From a virus (lineage: Duplodnaviria; Caudoviricetes), in the IMG/VR virus record IMGVR_UViG_3300021427_000055, positions 1 to 36,578 of that record: 36,578 nt of DNA. One strand, 5' to 3'. The notes beneath the pieces are model-generated. The model saw only the letters and a program-made list of their open reading frames with translations. It had not been told where the DNA came from and searched no databases. Each line of letters opens with the position of its first letter. The stretch's first letter is position 1. Below are positions 14,995-25,545 of the stretch, one piece after another. The position numbers and the translations under genes were made by a program.

Positions 14995-15273
14995 TTATCT
15001 GGGCTTGAGTAGCAAGCTCATCGCTCTCGATGTGACGACATTCACACTCTCATGCTTGATGATCATGAAGATTCCGAGCAGGTTCCCTCCAACCACTGCT
15101 ATGGTGTCTTTGCTGATGGCCAAAGATCGTTGTTCTTTCTTCAGCTTGGTCAGCTCAGTCGCCATATTCAGTGAGATGAGGTAGGGCTCAGAACCAAGAT
15201 TATGGTTCTTCAAGTCACGGATGGCGCGGTCAATCGCGAGATCGAGCTCGCTTACGTTTCTCCTAGAAAACAT
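14995..15273 (-). CDS. Cassette-encoded protein (92 aa) with C-terminal hydrophobic segment
   Basis: AAGGAG RBS, between motif copy 6 and a terminator. Confidence 0.8.
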   Translation of the reverse strand: MFSRRNVSELDLAIDRAIRDLKNHNLGSEPYLISLNMATELTKLKKEQRSLAISKDTIAVVGGNLLGIFMIIKHESVNVVTSRAMSLLLKPR

Positions 15274-15297
15274 TGCGGCTCCTTTAGTAGACTTTCT

Positions 15298-15322
15298 ATT
15301 AAAGGCAATGTTTTACTCGCGA
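15298..15322 (-). promoter_or_regulatory. 25-nt repeated promoter-like motif, copy 6
   Basis: TCGCGAGTAAAACATTGCCTTTAAT, overlapping the upstream stop codon. Confidence 0.7.
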
Positions 15323-15543
15323 TCAGCCTCTTCTTCAGTAGTTACAACCTTAAATATAACTTCGTTTCTATATGCAATCATTTCGGGATCTTCGCCTAGT
15401 TCCAGAGAAAATAATGTCTTATCTTCAGTATGAGTCACTTGGATAATTCCACTATAGCTCTTTCTACTCACTAACCACCTTTGAATGATGATACCAGTAA
15501 ATAACCCTACATAAAATGCAGCTGCCAAATATACCCAAATCAT
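15313..15543 (-). CDS. Small membrane-anchored protein (76 aa)
   Basis: N-terminal TM helix. ATGA overlap with the Gp37-like gene. Confidence 0.75.
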   Translation of the reverse strand: MIWVYLAAAFYVGLFTGIIIQRWLVSRKSYSGIIQVTHTEDKTLFSLELGEDPEMIAYRNEVIFKVVTTEEEADRE

Positions 15544-16766
15544 TCCAAATCAACCGCCACGACAGTAGGATACTCCTTCTCACCAGAAGCATCATGTGCA
15601 CGAATATACTCAGTAACTCGAGAGATCTCAATTGCTCCGGTAAGACCTTCTACCTCGATAATGTCTCCCAAGTTATAATCCACTCCACATTTGAACATGT
15701 TTGTGGCCGCTACTCGACCATCCACACTTGAAATAAATGGATTAGCTTTCAGTTCTTTCTCTGCTCGATTATCCAGAATATTCTCGAGCTCTGTTCGTTT
15801 TCCGGATAAAGTACTTTCTGGATCTTCCTCATCGAGATCTTCTTTGATCTTGATATCGTCGACGAGTAAGAGTTTTGCTCGTAGATCAAATCCAGTAAAG
15901 GATCCCTCTACCTTTGTTCTCCTAGCCACTCCACAATTCCTCTGCAACCACGTATCCGGATCTGTGTTAGGATCGCTTGTATCAATCTTCTCAAGACCCG
16001 AAGCAAAAGAATATACCAGCGTCTTGTACATGGCTATCGATCGAATTTCTTTCAAATCTGAGAAAGAATCAACCTGAGAAGAGAACCTAACTACTGGATT
16101 CACTGTTTGCTTAGTTGTACGGTCAACTCCTGTATAAGTTCGGAACCCGAGAGAATATGAATCCATGTCGGCATGCGTTAACAGAATTTGCATCCCAACT
16201 TTATAGGTTACCCCAATCTCCCGTAAAGCATCATAAACCGGTCCGAATGGAACCGCGAGTTTAGCGATGGTTTTCCCTGTACTATCGTAATTGTGTAACT
16301 GCAATCCAGGAATAATCAACTCTTGTTCTCTAGATACACTTCCAATACCTAGAGTTTTAGGACCATTCAAATATGAGCTCTGTGACGTGCACATCTCTTT
16401 GACAATGGTCCACATTACTGCCCCAGCCTTCACGTTCTTAAACTTCCAAACTTTCTTTCTATGATTGGGGCCTGGATCGGTAACTCCAGTACGAATAAAC
16501 CGATTATTCAACCAGAGCGTTAGAGAAATCCCTATGACTTTGAGTTTTCCTTCCTCTACACTAACTGTTTCGATAATCATAGGCTCATCAGATTCGTCGA
16601 TACAAACAAACGTACCTTCTCGGAGCTTACTAATCATCTCTCGGTTTAGAGGGACGATCATTTCAAAGTCGCTATCCCCATAAAATCGTTCAGTCCAAAT
16701 CAGTGAACTGAAATTGTCGATTACTTCCTGCTTCATAAACTGGCGATCCATAATACAGGGTTCCAT
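15540..16766 (-). CDS. Minor tail / baseplate hub protein (ReqiPepy6 Gp37-like)
   Basis: IDNFSSLIWTERFYGDSDFE N-terminus, GVDYNLGDII...RVTEYIR C-terminus, positioned after Dit. Confidence 0.8.
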   Translation of the reverse strand: MEPCIMDRQFMKQEVIDNFSSLIWTERFYGDSDFEMIVPLNREMISKLREGTFVCIDESDEPMIIETVSVEEGKLKVIGISLTLWLNNRFIRTGVTDPGPNHRKKVWKFKNVKAGAVMWTIVKEMCTSQSSYLNGPKTLGIGSVSREQELIIPGLQLHNYDSTGKTIAKLAVPFGPVYDALREIGVTYKVGMQILLTHADMDSYSLGFRTYTGVDRTTKQTVNPVVRFSSQVDSFSDLKEIRSIAMYKTLVYSFASGLEKIDTSDPNTDPDTWLQRNCGVARRTKVEGSFTGFDLRAKLLLVDDIKIKEDLDEEDPESTLSGKRTELENILDNRAEKELKANPFISSVDGRVAATNMFKCGVDYNLGDIIEVEGLTGAIEISRVTEYIRAHDASGEKEYPTVVAVDLE

Positions 16767-17614
16767 TAAAGACCCCCAAATCTCTCATAATAAGTAAGGA
16801 CGAAATCTTGCTCCCCCTCATCGGTGATGACATGGAAATGATTCTCACCAGGCTGAATAAACGGCCAGTTAGAACCTTCCTCGATATGTACGTTAGATAA
16901 CAAGCTTGTAATAACGCCAGTATCTAAATCGACATTACGTACGTACTTATCCATAGGAACTGAGCTTAACTCGAGGTAGTTTGTTGCATCTACAGAGGTT
17001 TCTACCATGAAATGGGTAATTGCTGGATCTCCGATTTGAACCGCAATTTCCATAGGGGAAGCACCAGAAGTATAAGTTACCTTGAGATGTATTCCAGATT
17101 CAACGCTACCGTTGTAATCGATAGTCTCAAACATGCCCATTTCATGAATAGCCTGACCAGTAACAATCTCGGGTTCAAGTGCTGTGAAATATGGATCAGG
17201 ACAAATGATAGAAACCAAGTACTCCGGATCATCGCTGAATAAGTTAGCTGAAATATCTTCAACATAACCCTCAATACCTACATCCGGCATGTCGTCACTG
17301 TAAAACTGCAAAAGAACCAAGCTCTTAGGCATGAAATATGAATAGAGAAGCCTACGAAGAGATTCATGTGTCCAAGTACCCCAATTGGGATTTGGATGTA
17401 CGGTAAGAACTATGTTTCTGCTCAATACACTAGTACTACTAAAAGATGCTCCGTCAACAGATGCTAATGGAGTCGTATTAACAGATGCCTTGACTGGAGT
17501 TAATCCATCAATGTTACGAATTTGAATCAAGTCTGTTTCAGCTCGTCCATTCTCATCTAGGAGTAGTACCGGAGCTGATTGCCATGAACTATACGCTTTA
17601 ACTTCAGTTAGCAC
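16766..17614 (-). CDS. Distal tail (Dit-like) protein
   Basis: Directly after the tape measure. IDGLTPVKA, RNIVL, SIICPDPYF, IQPGEN motifs. Confidence 0.8.
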   Translation of the reverse strand: MLTEVKAYSSWQSAPVLLLDENGRAETDLIQIRNIDGLTPVKASVNTTPLASVDGASFSSTSVLSRNIVLTVHPNPNWGTWTHESLRRLLYSYFMPKSLVLLQFYSDDMPDVGIEGYVEDISANLFSDDPEYLVSIICPDPYFTALEPEIVTGQAIHEMGMFETIDYNGSVESGIHLKVTYTSGASPMEIAVQIGDPAITHFMVETSVDATNYLELSSVPMDKYVRNVDLDTGVITSLLSNVHIEEGSNWPFIQPGENHFHVITDEGEQDFVLTYYERFGGL

Positions 17615-17630
17615 AGCTCAGACCTCCTTA

Positions 17631-17648
17631 GGCCCCCCGAAGGGGGCC
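17631..17648 (-). other. GC hairpin with UUCG tetraloop
   Basis: GGCCCCC-TTCG-GGGGGCC between the TMP stop and the Dit RBS. No U-tract. Confidence 0.6.
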
Positions 17649-17658
17649 CGTAGAATGT

Positions 17659-20600
17659 TTAAGTAATAGCTAGTGCAGACTTGATCTGTGATAGTTGGTT
17701 TCTGGTCTGCCGGTAAATCTCAATTGCAGGTAGAGCTTCTGGTGAATAGTTATTCTGTTCAAACGTAACTACCGATCCACCAGCAGCTGCTGCCAACTGT
17801 TCATCGGGTTGTAGTGGAGATATACTCGAAGCTGCTTTGAGAGAAACGGCCGCTGTAATTGGAGCAACCGCTGTTAATCCCTGTAATTCTTGAACTTGTC
17901 CGCGAATTGTGGTTAGGTCTAGAACTGGAGTAATCTTTGGATCTGAATCCATTTCAGCATTTACTGCATCAGAAATAGCACGTAGAGATCCGCGCATTGA
18001 GGATAAAGCGGCATCTGCATTATCGTCAATTGCTGCCCCAATTTCTCCAGATTTACTCCTAATCCCCATAGCCCAACCCTCTGAAATTGCTTCACCAATC
18101 TCGATGAAGACCTTCGAAGGCGACTCAATTCCCAGGGCTTTCTTGGCCCAACCGGGAACTTTATCCTTAGCAATATCTAAAATAGCACTGGCAATATCTC
18201 CCGCGGAGTTCCAAAGACCTCGAACAATTCCCGCAATAATAGCTTCACCAATATCGATCGTAGCTTCTGTAATTTGAGGAGAATATGTATCGATTGCTGT
18301 CTTCAAACCCTTGAGGAAATCAAGAATTACTCTACCCGCAGCATTAGCAAGTCTAACTGCGTTCTTACCCAGTCCTTCAACGAATTTAATTACGGCATCT
18401 ACTCCCGCAGTAATTACCTTACTTACATTGTTACTTATACCAGTAATAAACTTAGATATAGCAGTTGCACCTGCGGAAATAATCTTACCATAATTATTAC
18501 TCATACCTGTAATTAGATTAGCGAGTATGTCTGCTCCTGCGGAAATAATCTTAGTAATATTATTAGCTATTCCTTCTATGAACTTGAGTAGTAATTCTAA
18601 ACCAGCAGCAGTAATTCTTGAAATATTCTCAGATAGTGCATTTATAAATTCAACGATAATATCTACTACTATTGTAGCAATTTCACCAATATTGTTTCTA
18701 ATACCCTGAAGAAGAGCTAGAAGTAAATCGAAACCAGCCTGAATAAGCTGATCTTGGTTTTCGGTAAGGAATTGAATCGCGCCTTCTACAAGAACACCAA
18801 ATGCTTCAACGATCTTTGGAGTCGATTTGATGATGACATCCAGTAGAGCATCGAGGATCTCAATTAGAGCATCCACGAAATCGGGAGCAATCTCAGCAAT
18901 TCCCTTTACAATCTCGAGTAGTCCGAGAAGTAGGAGTTTAATGTTCTCAATCAATCCTCTTTGGAACTCAGTAATTGCTTTGAGCATCACCCCAACACCA
19001 GTTGGGAGAGCTACGACAAGAGCACTAATACCTGCTCCAATTAGAGAAATACCGAGTCCAGCCAAAGCGAGACCGGCGCCGAGTAAGAGCATTGCTGCGC
19101 CAAGTCCTAACAAAGCCGGAATAGCTGGTGTAATCAGAGCTCCAGCAACACCGATAACGGTAAATGCTCCCGCTAGAGCTATCAAACCGGTAAGGATTTG
19201 TTGCCATGACATGTTTCCTAACGTCTCGAGAGCTCCGGCAAGGACAGATATACCTACTGCAGCAATACCAAGAGCAATAGCACCCGAGATAGTTCCGGAC
19301 ATGAAATATAACGCAGTGCCCAAGATAATTAGGGCTGCTGCTAGAGCGCCCAAACCCTGGGCTAGCGTGCTAATAGGCATTCCGCCCATACTCTGGATAA
19401 CGTCCGAAATCCGTCCTAACGCTACTGAAACAAGAATAAGCCCAGCACCAACAAGGATCAAATTACCAGGCATGAGGCGCATAGCTCCGGCGATAACTAC
19501 CAGAGCTCCGCCGATACCAAGCATGCCCTTACCCATGGTGGTAAAGTCCATGTCTCCAAATTCTTGAACTGAATCAGCCAAGAGTTTGAGGGCAATAGCT
19601 ATAGCAACAAGCCCAGCGCCTGTGAGAAACATGTTGGGCGGCATTAACAATGTTGCAGCAACCAGAATACCGAGTCCAATCGCTACACCAAGGAGACCCT
19701 TACCCATCTCTTGCCAGCTCATATCGGCAAAAGCACCCACAGCACTGGCTAAGATTCTCAATGCTACAGCAATTGCGGTAATGCCAATACCTGCTCGAAC
19801 CATTCCTCCTGAATTTGCCGAGAGTGGAATAGCCGCTACAGCGACAATACCTAAAAGAACTCCGACACCAACAAGACCCTTGAGAAGCTCTTCCCAGCTA
19901 AGTCTACTGAGAACAAGTACTGAGCCCGTAAGAAGAAGGATGGCTCCAGCCAACAAGATCAAAGACGCGGCGATAAACGGAATCTTGAGGAATCCACCCG
20001 TCTTGGTGATCAAAGTTAAGATCGCCATAGCGCCAAGAAGTTGTCCGAACGCAACGGTCATAGCAGTCAGAGAAGACTTAAGTCTCTCGGGATCAACAAA
20101 TGAAAGTGCAACGACAGAAGCAGCCAGAATACCAATAGCGATAGCAATCTTCTTAAGTGTATCCGCTTGAATATTCTGCTGCATAGCTACCATTGAACCA
20201 CGAAGAGCATCGAAAGAAGCACTGATGTTCTTAACGATTCCGCCGCCAATACCACCTAATTGATTCGCAAATGTACCCTTACCCAGGAACTTCTTAAATG
20301 TCAAGAAGATCCCAGCTACAAGACCCGTTCGAACAACAGCAAGAATCGCTTCGAAATTCATGTCCGAGAAAGCTTCTGCCAAAGCTGGACCAAACTCTCC
20401 CGCTATAGTAACAAACGAATCGAGAATCGCTTCGAAGAGTTTGTCTGCGTTAGCGAAACTATCAAGGAATTTTGTAAAGGCATCACCAATAGTAGATAGG
20501 ATCCCAGAGATCCCACCCACTTCACCCGAAATTCCCCCGGCGGAAAATCCATCAAACACGCTAGATAGAGCGTCTCTTAATCTACCTAACATTTTGACAG

Positions 20601-22191
20601 GCGCTTCCAGAATGTCTCCGAGCCCATCAAAGAAGTTTTCGAGACCATCACCCTTCTTCAGGGTTTCATCTACTTTGACCAAGAAGTCACCGATACCAGC
20701 GGTGAATTCTAGGAAACTACCTGTACCGGAAAAGATAACACCGAATAGTCGACCAAAGACATCAAAGATTCCACCAAGGATTTGCTTCCCAATACTTAGG
20801 ATAGCGAAGAATCCCTTGAATGTTCTCTTCAAAAGGTCGACGGTTTCGGGAGTTGGCTTCAAAGTTTCGGTAAATGCTAGGAACCGAGATGATAAAGCAA
20901 AGAGATCTCGTCCGGTCTTAGCTGGAAACAACTCTCGAAAGGCTTCTTTGATAGGGGCGATTACATCACCTAGAGCTTCGAACACATTCTTGAATGCTTC
21001 GATTAATTGAGTTCGGCCACCCAGCTGTTTCCAATCGGCCAATACACTGTTTCTGGCTTCGGACGACTTGGAGATGAACCCGCTAATGGCTCCGCTGATT
21101 CCGGTGAATAGCTTTTTGGCTTCTTCGAAATCGCCGAATACGATCTGCCAGGTTTCAGCCCAGCCGGAGACAATACTTTCTTTCGTTGTATCGAGAAGGC
21201 CACCCAGCGTCTTAACCTCAGTTGCCGCCTTCATGGCAACGTTGGCCGTCGCTTGAATTGCCTTGATTTGTTCCTTGTTAAATCCCTGAGCGGCGAGCTC
21301 AGCGTCTGTTAGATCGCCCGTAAACTGGGAAAGTGTTGCTGTAAGTACCTTAGCATTCAGCCACGATTCTTCACCAGGAGCAGCCGAGAGTGAATTACGG
21401 AAGCTCTCGCCAGCGATCGTGACGTTCTTCATCGGGCCTGTGAGTTTAACAGCTTCCTTATTCAGCGTTCCCATCTCTACGGCAGTATTTGCCAGAGCTC
21501 GCTGGAAAACTGTACCACCCATGCCCGCATTGACGACTGAGTTCCAGTCCATCAATGTAACTCGACCAGCAGCAAGCGCCTGAGACAGCTGGTACATCGC
21601 TGTCGATGCCTGCTCAGAGTTCGAGCCTGAGAGAGCTGCTAGGTTAGCAATACCCTTGATTGCTTCCGTTGCGGTATCAAGTTCAACACCGGCAGCCGTG
21701 AATGTACCAATGTTCTTGGCCATCTGGCTGAAGTTGTAAATGGTCTTATCGGAATACAGATTCAGTGTATTCAGCGCGTCATTAACATCCTCAAGACCTA
21801 CTCCAGCAGCCTGCGTATTGGCTAAGATCGTCTGAACAGCATTTAGGTTGGTCGTATACTCGTGAAAGCCCGCAATGATTGGATCGAGAGTAAGCGATTT
21901 GGTAAATGCTGCCCCCGCAGTTACAGCTTTAGTAGCTAACTGGGATAGAACTCCAATTCCTACTAGTCGTAGCGTTTCAAGCTTTGGAAGGATAGCATCG
22001 ATAGATTTGCCGATGAGACCAAGTTGATTATTTTGTGCAGCTTTATTGACGTCGTCCAAACCTTTACCGGCTCCGCCAAACGAAAGCGCAGCTTTAAGTT
22101 TGTCAATTGCAGAAATACTCTTACTTACTCCAGATTCAAATTTTGATGACTCGAAACTCATCGCTACGACTTTGTCATCAATAGTCGGCAT
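17659..22191 (-). CDS. Tape measure protein (about 1510 aa)
   Basis: Likely start MPTIDDKVVAM (GGAGGTG RBS). TMP domain LNLYSDKTIYNFSQM and long Ala/Gly/Leu helical repeats. Confidence 0.93.
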   Translation of the reverse strand: MPTIDDKVVAMSFESSKFESGVSKSISAIDKLKAALSFGGAGKGLDDVNKAAQNNQLGLIGKSIDAILPKLETLRLVGIGVLSQLATKAVTAGAAFTKSLTLDPIIAGFHEYTTNLNAVQTILANTQAAGVGLEDVNDALNTLNLYSDKTIYNFSQMAKNIGTFTAAGVELDTATEAIKGIANLAALSGSNSEQASTAMYQLSQALAAGRVTLMDWNSVVNAGMGGTVFQRALANTAVEMGTLNKEAVKLTGPMKNVTIAGESFRNSLSAAPGEESWLNAKVLTATLSQFTGDLTDAELAAQGFNKEQIKAIQATANVAMKAATEVKTLGGLLDTTKESIVSGWAETWQIVFGDFEEAKKLFTGISGAISGFISKSSEARNSVLADWKQLGGRTQLIEAFKNVFEALGDVIAPIKEAFRELFPAKTGRDLFALSSRFLAFTETLKPTPETVDLLKRTFKGFFAILSIGKQILGGIFDVFGRLFGVIFSGTGSFLEFTAGIGDFLVKVDETLKKGDGLENFFDGLGDILEAPVKMLGRLRDALSSVFDGFSAGGISGEVGGISGILSTIGDAFTKFLDSFANADKLFEAILDSFVTIAGEFGPALAEAFSDMNFEAILAVVRTGLVAGIFLTFKKFLGKGTFANQLGGIGGGIVKNISASFDALRGSMVAMQQNIQADTLKKIAIAIGILAASVVALSFVDPERLKSSLTAMTVAFGQLLGAMAILTLITKTGGFLKIPFIAASLILLAGAILLLTGSVLVLSRLSWEELLKGLVGVGVLLGIVAVAAIPLSANSGGMVRAGIGITAIAVALRILASAVGAFADMSWQEMGKGLLGVAIGLGILVAATLLMPPNMFLTGAGLVAIAIALKLLADSVQEFGDMDFTTMGKGMLGIGGALVVIAGAMRLMPGNLILVGAGLILVSVALGRISDVIQSMGGMPISTLAQGLGALAAALIILGTALYFMSGTISGAIALGIAAVGISVLAGALETLGNMSWQQILTGLIALAGAFTVIGVAGALITPAIPALLGLGAAMLLLGAGLALAGLGISLIGAGISALVVALPTGVGVMLKAITEFQRGLIENIKLLLLGLLEIVKGIAEIAPDFVDALIEILDALLDVIIKSTPKIVEAFGVLVEGAIQFLTENQDQLIQAGFDLLLALLQGIRNNIGEIATIVVDIIVEFINALSENISRITAAGLELLLKFIEGIANNITKIISAGADILANLITGMSNNYGKIISAGATAISKFITGISNNVSKVITAGVDAVIKFVEGLGKNAVRLANAAGRVILDFLKGLKTAIDTYSPQITEATIDIGEAIIAGIVRGLWNSAGDIASAILDIAKDKVPGWAKKALGIESPSKVFIEIGEAISEGWAMGIRSKSGEIGAAIDDNADAALSSMRGSLRAISDAVNAEMDSDPKITPVLDLTTIRGQVQELQGLTAVAPITAAVSLKAASSISPLQPDEQLAAAAGGSVVTFEQNNYSPEALPAIEIYRQTRNQLSQIKSALAIT

Positions 22192-22574
22192 TAAACCTTG
22201 GTCACCTCCCTCCATGCATCAGCAACTATTTGATCAAATATAGGTCGAATTGCAGGGTTTATATAATCTCGTCCTTGTACATATCCGCCCGTACCCGTAC
22301 CGTGTCCGTACTGAAGTATTACAGCAATTGGCACACCATTCTCGACGTGATGATTGTGCCAACGAATAGAGTAATATCCAGGCCTAGATTCGATCGTATA
22401 ATACCATGAATTTGCAGTTAACCCTGATTCTACTGGTGTGGCATTCGATAGTGCGTTCATTCCTAGTGTTGCGTATTTATTTAGAATATGAGATAGGTCA
22501 CCCTTTGATAATCGACTTAAATATCTTTCCGTATTCCTAAAATCACCTTTCTCTGTAATGGTAATCATAGCCAT
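22191..22574 (-). CDS. Neck / tail-completion protein (HK97 gp10-like)
   Basis: ATPVESGLTANSW...ILQYGHGT...GRDYINPA pattern. Confidence 0.7.
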   Translation of the reverse strand: MAMITITEKGDFRNTERYLSRLSKGDLSHILNKYATLGMNALSNATPVESGLTANSWYYTIESRPGYYSIRWHNHHVENGVPIAVILQYGHGTGTGGYVQGRDYINPAIRPIFDQIVADAWREVTKV

Positions 22575-22575
22575 A

Positions 22576-23436
22576 TTATTGCCTTGATAAACGAATAATT
22601 ACGGTCCCAGGATTACCGGACTGACCATAGACTGTAGGTAACCCATTGATTGGGATTGCTTTAGCTCCACTTGCTACACCAGGAACAACAACTAAGGATC
22701 CACTACCACCATCGTCGCTAGGATCACTTCCCGGCCCATATACAGAAACATCGTTCGGATTATACGCACCTCGACCGCCTGCAGTACCAGCAACACAGGT
22801 AGTTCCTCCGGAGCCGTACTTACCAACTCCTCCTGCTCCACCGCCACCGCCAGCGCCAATATCATCCTCTAGAGCACCATCACCACCATCTATACCCGGA
22901 GTACCGGGACCTGTATCTTCTGGGATACCAGCCTCTCCACCAGAAGCTCCGCCTCCAGCCAAAAGACGATTACCTAAGCCCCCTTCGCCTCCATTTGCGT
23001 CGGTTCCAACGGTAGTAGAATTCGAGGCAACGCCCGTACCTCCTTTACCACCTGAGGCTCTACATGTGGGATCATTGAAAGATGATAATCCTCCATCTTC
23101 ACCATCGGTGACAAGACCAACACTACTATCGTGCGAATCTCCAGGAGCTCCGGCAGTACCAACAACTACAGGACACGTATCGGGTAGAGCCACGAGCAAT
23201 CCCTTAACTCGATGAAATCCTCCACCCCCACCTTCGCCTCCGTAGTTTACAACAGAAGTACCTGTATTTGCTGTATCGATGCCCCCACCCTTTCCTCCTC
23301 CGGCACCAATACAAATCACATCGAAATGTGTGTAACCTAAGTCTTTATAAGCTAGAGCATCAAAATCTCCATCTTCGTTAAATTTGATAACGATGGGATC
23401 GACATTAAGTAGACTTCCAGCGAGTTCTAATCTCAT
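22576..23436 (-). CDS. Glycine-rich minor tail protein
   Basis: IGAGGGKGGG, GGEGGGGG, GAGGGGGAGG repeats and a C-terminal GNPGTVIIR. Confidence 0.8.
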   Translation of the reverse strand: MRLELAGSLLNVDPIVIKFNEDGDFDALAYKDLGYTHFDVICIGAGGGKGGGIDTANTGTSVVNYGGEGGGGGFHRVKGLLVALPDTCPVVVGTAGAPGDSHDSSVGLVTDGEDGGLSSFNDPTCRASGGKGGTGVASNSTTVGTDANGGEGGLGNRLLAGGGASGGEAGIPEDTGPGTPGIDGGDGALEDDIGAGGGGGAGGVGKYGSGGTTCVAGTAGGRGAYNPNDVSVYGPGSDPSDDGGSGSLVVVPGVASGAKAIPINGLPTVYGQSGNPGTVIIRLSRQ

Positions 23437-23448
23437 TGGAATAATCCT

Positions 23449-23778
23449 TTATAAACGAGTATCCAGCACAATAACTGCTAGATCAAATGCGGCATTTGTT
23501 AAAGAAGCGTCGTATAATCTTGTAGCCACAAGTACTACACCAGGACCAACGCTTGTAATTGTATAGAAAACACGACTATCTGTAGGACCATTCCCAATAG
23601 CATTAATTACAGTAAGTCGAGGATCGAAATATACTTCATATCTACCTGGATCAGAAGTTCTAACTGATCGCCATGGCGTACCGTCTGAAAAAACACCGCT
23701 TGAATCACCTGCCGCTGGGATTTGATCAACGGTGTGAATGGTATACACACGTTTAGAATCTCTCTGTTCGCTCCTCAT
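23449..23778 (-). CDS. Hypothetical tail-associated protein (109 aa)
   Basis: Coupled (ATGA) to the LamG gene, beta-rich. Confidence 0.65.
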   Translation of the reverse strand: MRSEQRDSKRVYTIHTVDQIPAAGDSSGVFSDGTPWRSVRTSDPGRYEVYFDPRLTVINAIGNGPTDSRVFYTITSVGPGVVLVATRLYDASLTNAAFDLAVIVLDTRL

Positions 23779-25532
23779 GCTGCCACCGTCAATTCCACCT
23801 GATGTACACTATCCAAAGTATCAAATATAGCTAGAAGATCTGTAGAAGACATTGCTTCAATATGATCTCCTGGATTCTTTGGTGAAAGTCCAAGCAATTG
23901 TCCACTCTTAGTATAAAGCTTAAGAATATCTTCGGGCGTCAATGCTGCACCAATAACGAAAACCGCATCGACAAGCCCAGTGAATTTACTAGCTGCGGCA
24001 AGATTTTGTCCAATACAGAACTTACTTGCTCCACCGAGTGTAATTGAATTCAAAACTGTAGATAACCCAACACAACGACCATCTAGATAAAGCTTACGCT
24101 TATCGCCTTCAATTGCAGCATTATCATGTACTGCTACAACAAAATGCCACAATCCATCAGTGATATTGGGTCCAATAAATGCATCGGCACCAGAACCACT
24201 GCCAATTTCGCCACCCAAAGATACGTAAATTCGTGTATCGTTTGAACTACTCGTGGTTCCCCAAGTAACTACCCACATATTAACACCAGTAAGATTTACT
24301 ACTTTCAACCAACAACCAAATGAATGTGTAGCGGTTCCAGATGGTAAACCTGAATCTGTAGATGTTAAAGCTGAGGCACCACCAAGATAAAAGGAATTAC
24401 CAGGAGTACCATCAGCTCCTCCTGCAGCAACCGCAGTGCCTACATTAGTTAGATCGCCAGTTGCTCCTTGAGAACCTGCATTTCCAAGCGATCCGGCTGA
24501 GAAATTGTACAAACGTAGAGGCGTAGAAGGAAAATCTCCAGTAACTAGAGCAGCGCCCTTACGCCCTCGTTTAACATTAAGATTAACTCTTCCAGGAATT
24601 GCAGCTAATGTATGAGGAATTTTAGCACAATAAAGATTACGAACCTGATCTTCGGTAAGAATATCATTCGTTATAAAAGCATTTGATACACGACCGAAAT
24701 TAGGCTCGCTTGCATTTGTGGAACCATCTGCCCCGAAACCACCAATATTTAACGGCGCATTAGCTCCAAAGATCAAACTACTAGTTAGCATAGTTGTTTC
24801 GACTACCCCATCAACATAAACGCGACGCAAAAGACCATCATATGTCATAACCGCGAAATGCCAACGATTATCACAGACATCCGACTGACCTTGTACATCA
24901 CTAAAAGTTGTACCCTGAGGGCTAACTCGAGAGTAAATTTTGTTAGTTGATGAAATTGAAAATGCCCAACCTAGATTTGGAGTATTAACTCGTTTTGTAA
25001 TTAGAGATTGAATTGATCCTTTATGGGGTGTTCTAAACCAACAACCAATCGATCCAACTTTAATACGAAACGGATCGCTAGCACCCGTATCCGCAATATA
25101 AAGTGCTTGGCCCACTGCTCCAGTAAACTGTGCAGCGGTACCTGCAGCCCCATTGATTCCTGACGCAAATGTTACAGTACCTTTGTTGGTTAGAGTTCGT
25201 CCATTACCACTTGAATCTGATGTACTTGCAAGATTCCACAAAGCAACCGGAGCACTAAGTCCAAGATCTGTGAAATCAGCTAGAGTCAGCTGTCGACCGG
25301 CACGAATCTGATTGATTATTCCAACATCAGACACAGGAACGGCCGAAATAACATCAAGATCTGAGCCTACAGGACCCTGAGGACCTGTGGGCCCAACCAC
25401 ACTACCAGCATTAATCTGGCCGCCATCATGTTTAGTAAGAATTAAATTCCCACCAACAACGTCGCCATCGACAACCGACGCTGCTTCAATTTCCAACATT
25501 CGTTCAGCCGTAAGGCCAGTAACTGTAGTCAT
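23775..25532 (-). CDS. Minor tail / receptor-binding protein with tandem LamG (ConA-like) domains
   Basis: Short GPTGPQGP collagen-like stretch, then two repeats: DNRWHFAVMTYDG..VYVDG and DGLWHFVVAVHD..LYLDG. Confidence 0.85.
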   Translation of the reverse strand: MTTVTGLTAERMLEIEAASVVDGDVVGGNLILTKHDGGQINAGSVVGPTGPQGPVGSDLDVISAVPVSDVGIINQIRAGRQLTLADFTDLGLSAPVALWNLASTSDSSGNGRTLTNKGTVTFASGINGAAGTAAQFTGAVGQALYIADTGASDPFRIKVGSIGCWFRTPHKGSIQSLITKRVNTPNLGWAFSISSTNKIYSRVSPQGTTFSDVQGQSDVCDNRWHFAVMTYDGLLRRVYVDGVVETTMLTSSLIFGANAPLNIGGFGADGSTNASEPNFGRVSNAFITNDILTEDQVRNLYCAKIPHTLAAIPGRVNLNVKRGRKGAALVTGDFPSTPLRLYNFSAGSLGNAGSQGATGDLTNVGTAVAAGGADGTPGNSFYLGGASALTSTDSGLPSGTATHSFGCWLKVVNLTGVNMWVVTWGTTSSSNDTRIYVSLGGEIGSGSGADAFIGPNITDGLWHFVVAVHDNAAIEGDKRKLYLDGRCVGLSTVLNSITLGGASKFCIGQNLAAASKFTGLVDAVFVIGAALTPEDILKLYTKSGQLLGLSPKNPGDHIEAMSSTDLLAIFDTLDSVHQVELTVAA

Positions 25533-25545
25533 TTCACCTCCCTAA

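Noticed and set aside
14544-15322. Tandem motif copies as a CRISPR array or integron attC array
   Set aside because: Repeats are degenerate with irregular spacing and gene-sized inserts. No cas gene, integron integrase or attC consensus is visible.
17909-21256. Long plus-strand ORFs (e.g. 18827..19567, 19586..20170, 20360..21010)
   Set aside because: Antisense shadows of the tape measure gene with no recognisable motifs.
22646-23215. Pro-rich 189-aa plus-strand ORF
   Set aside because: Mirror of the Gly codons in the Gly-rich tail gene.
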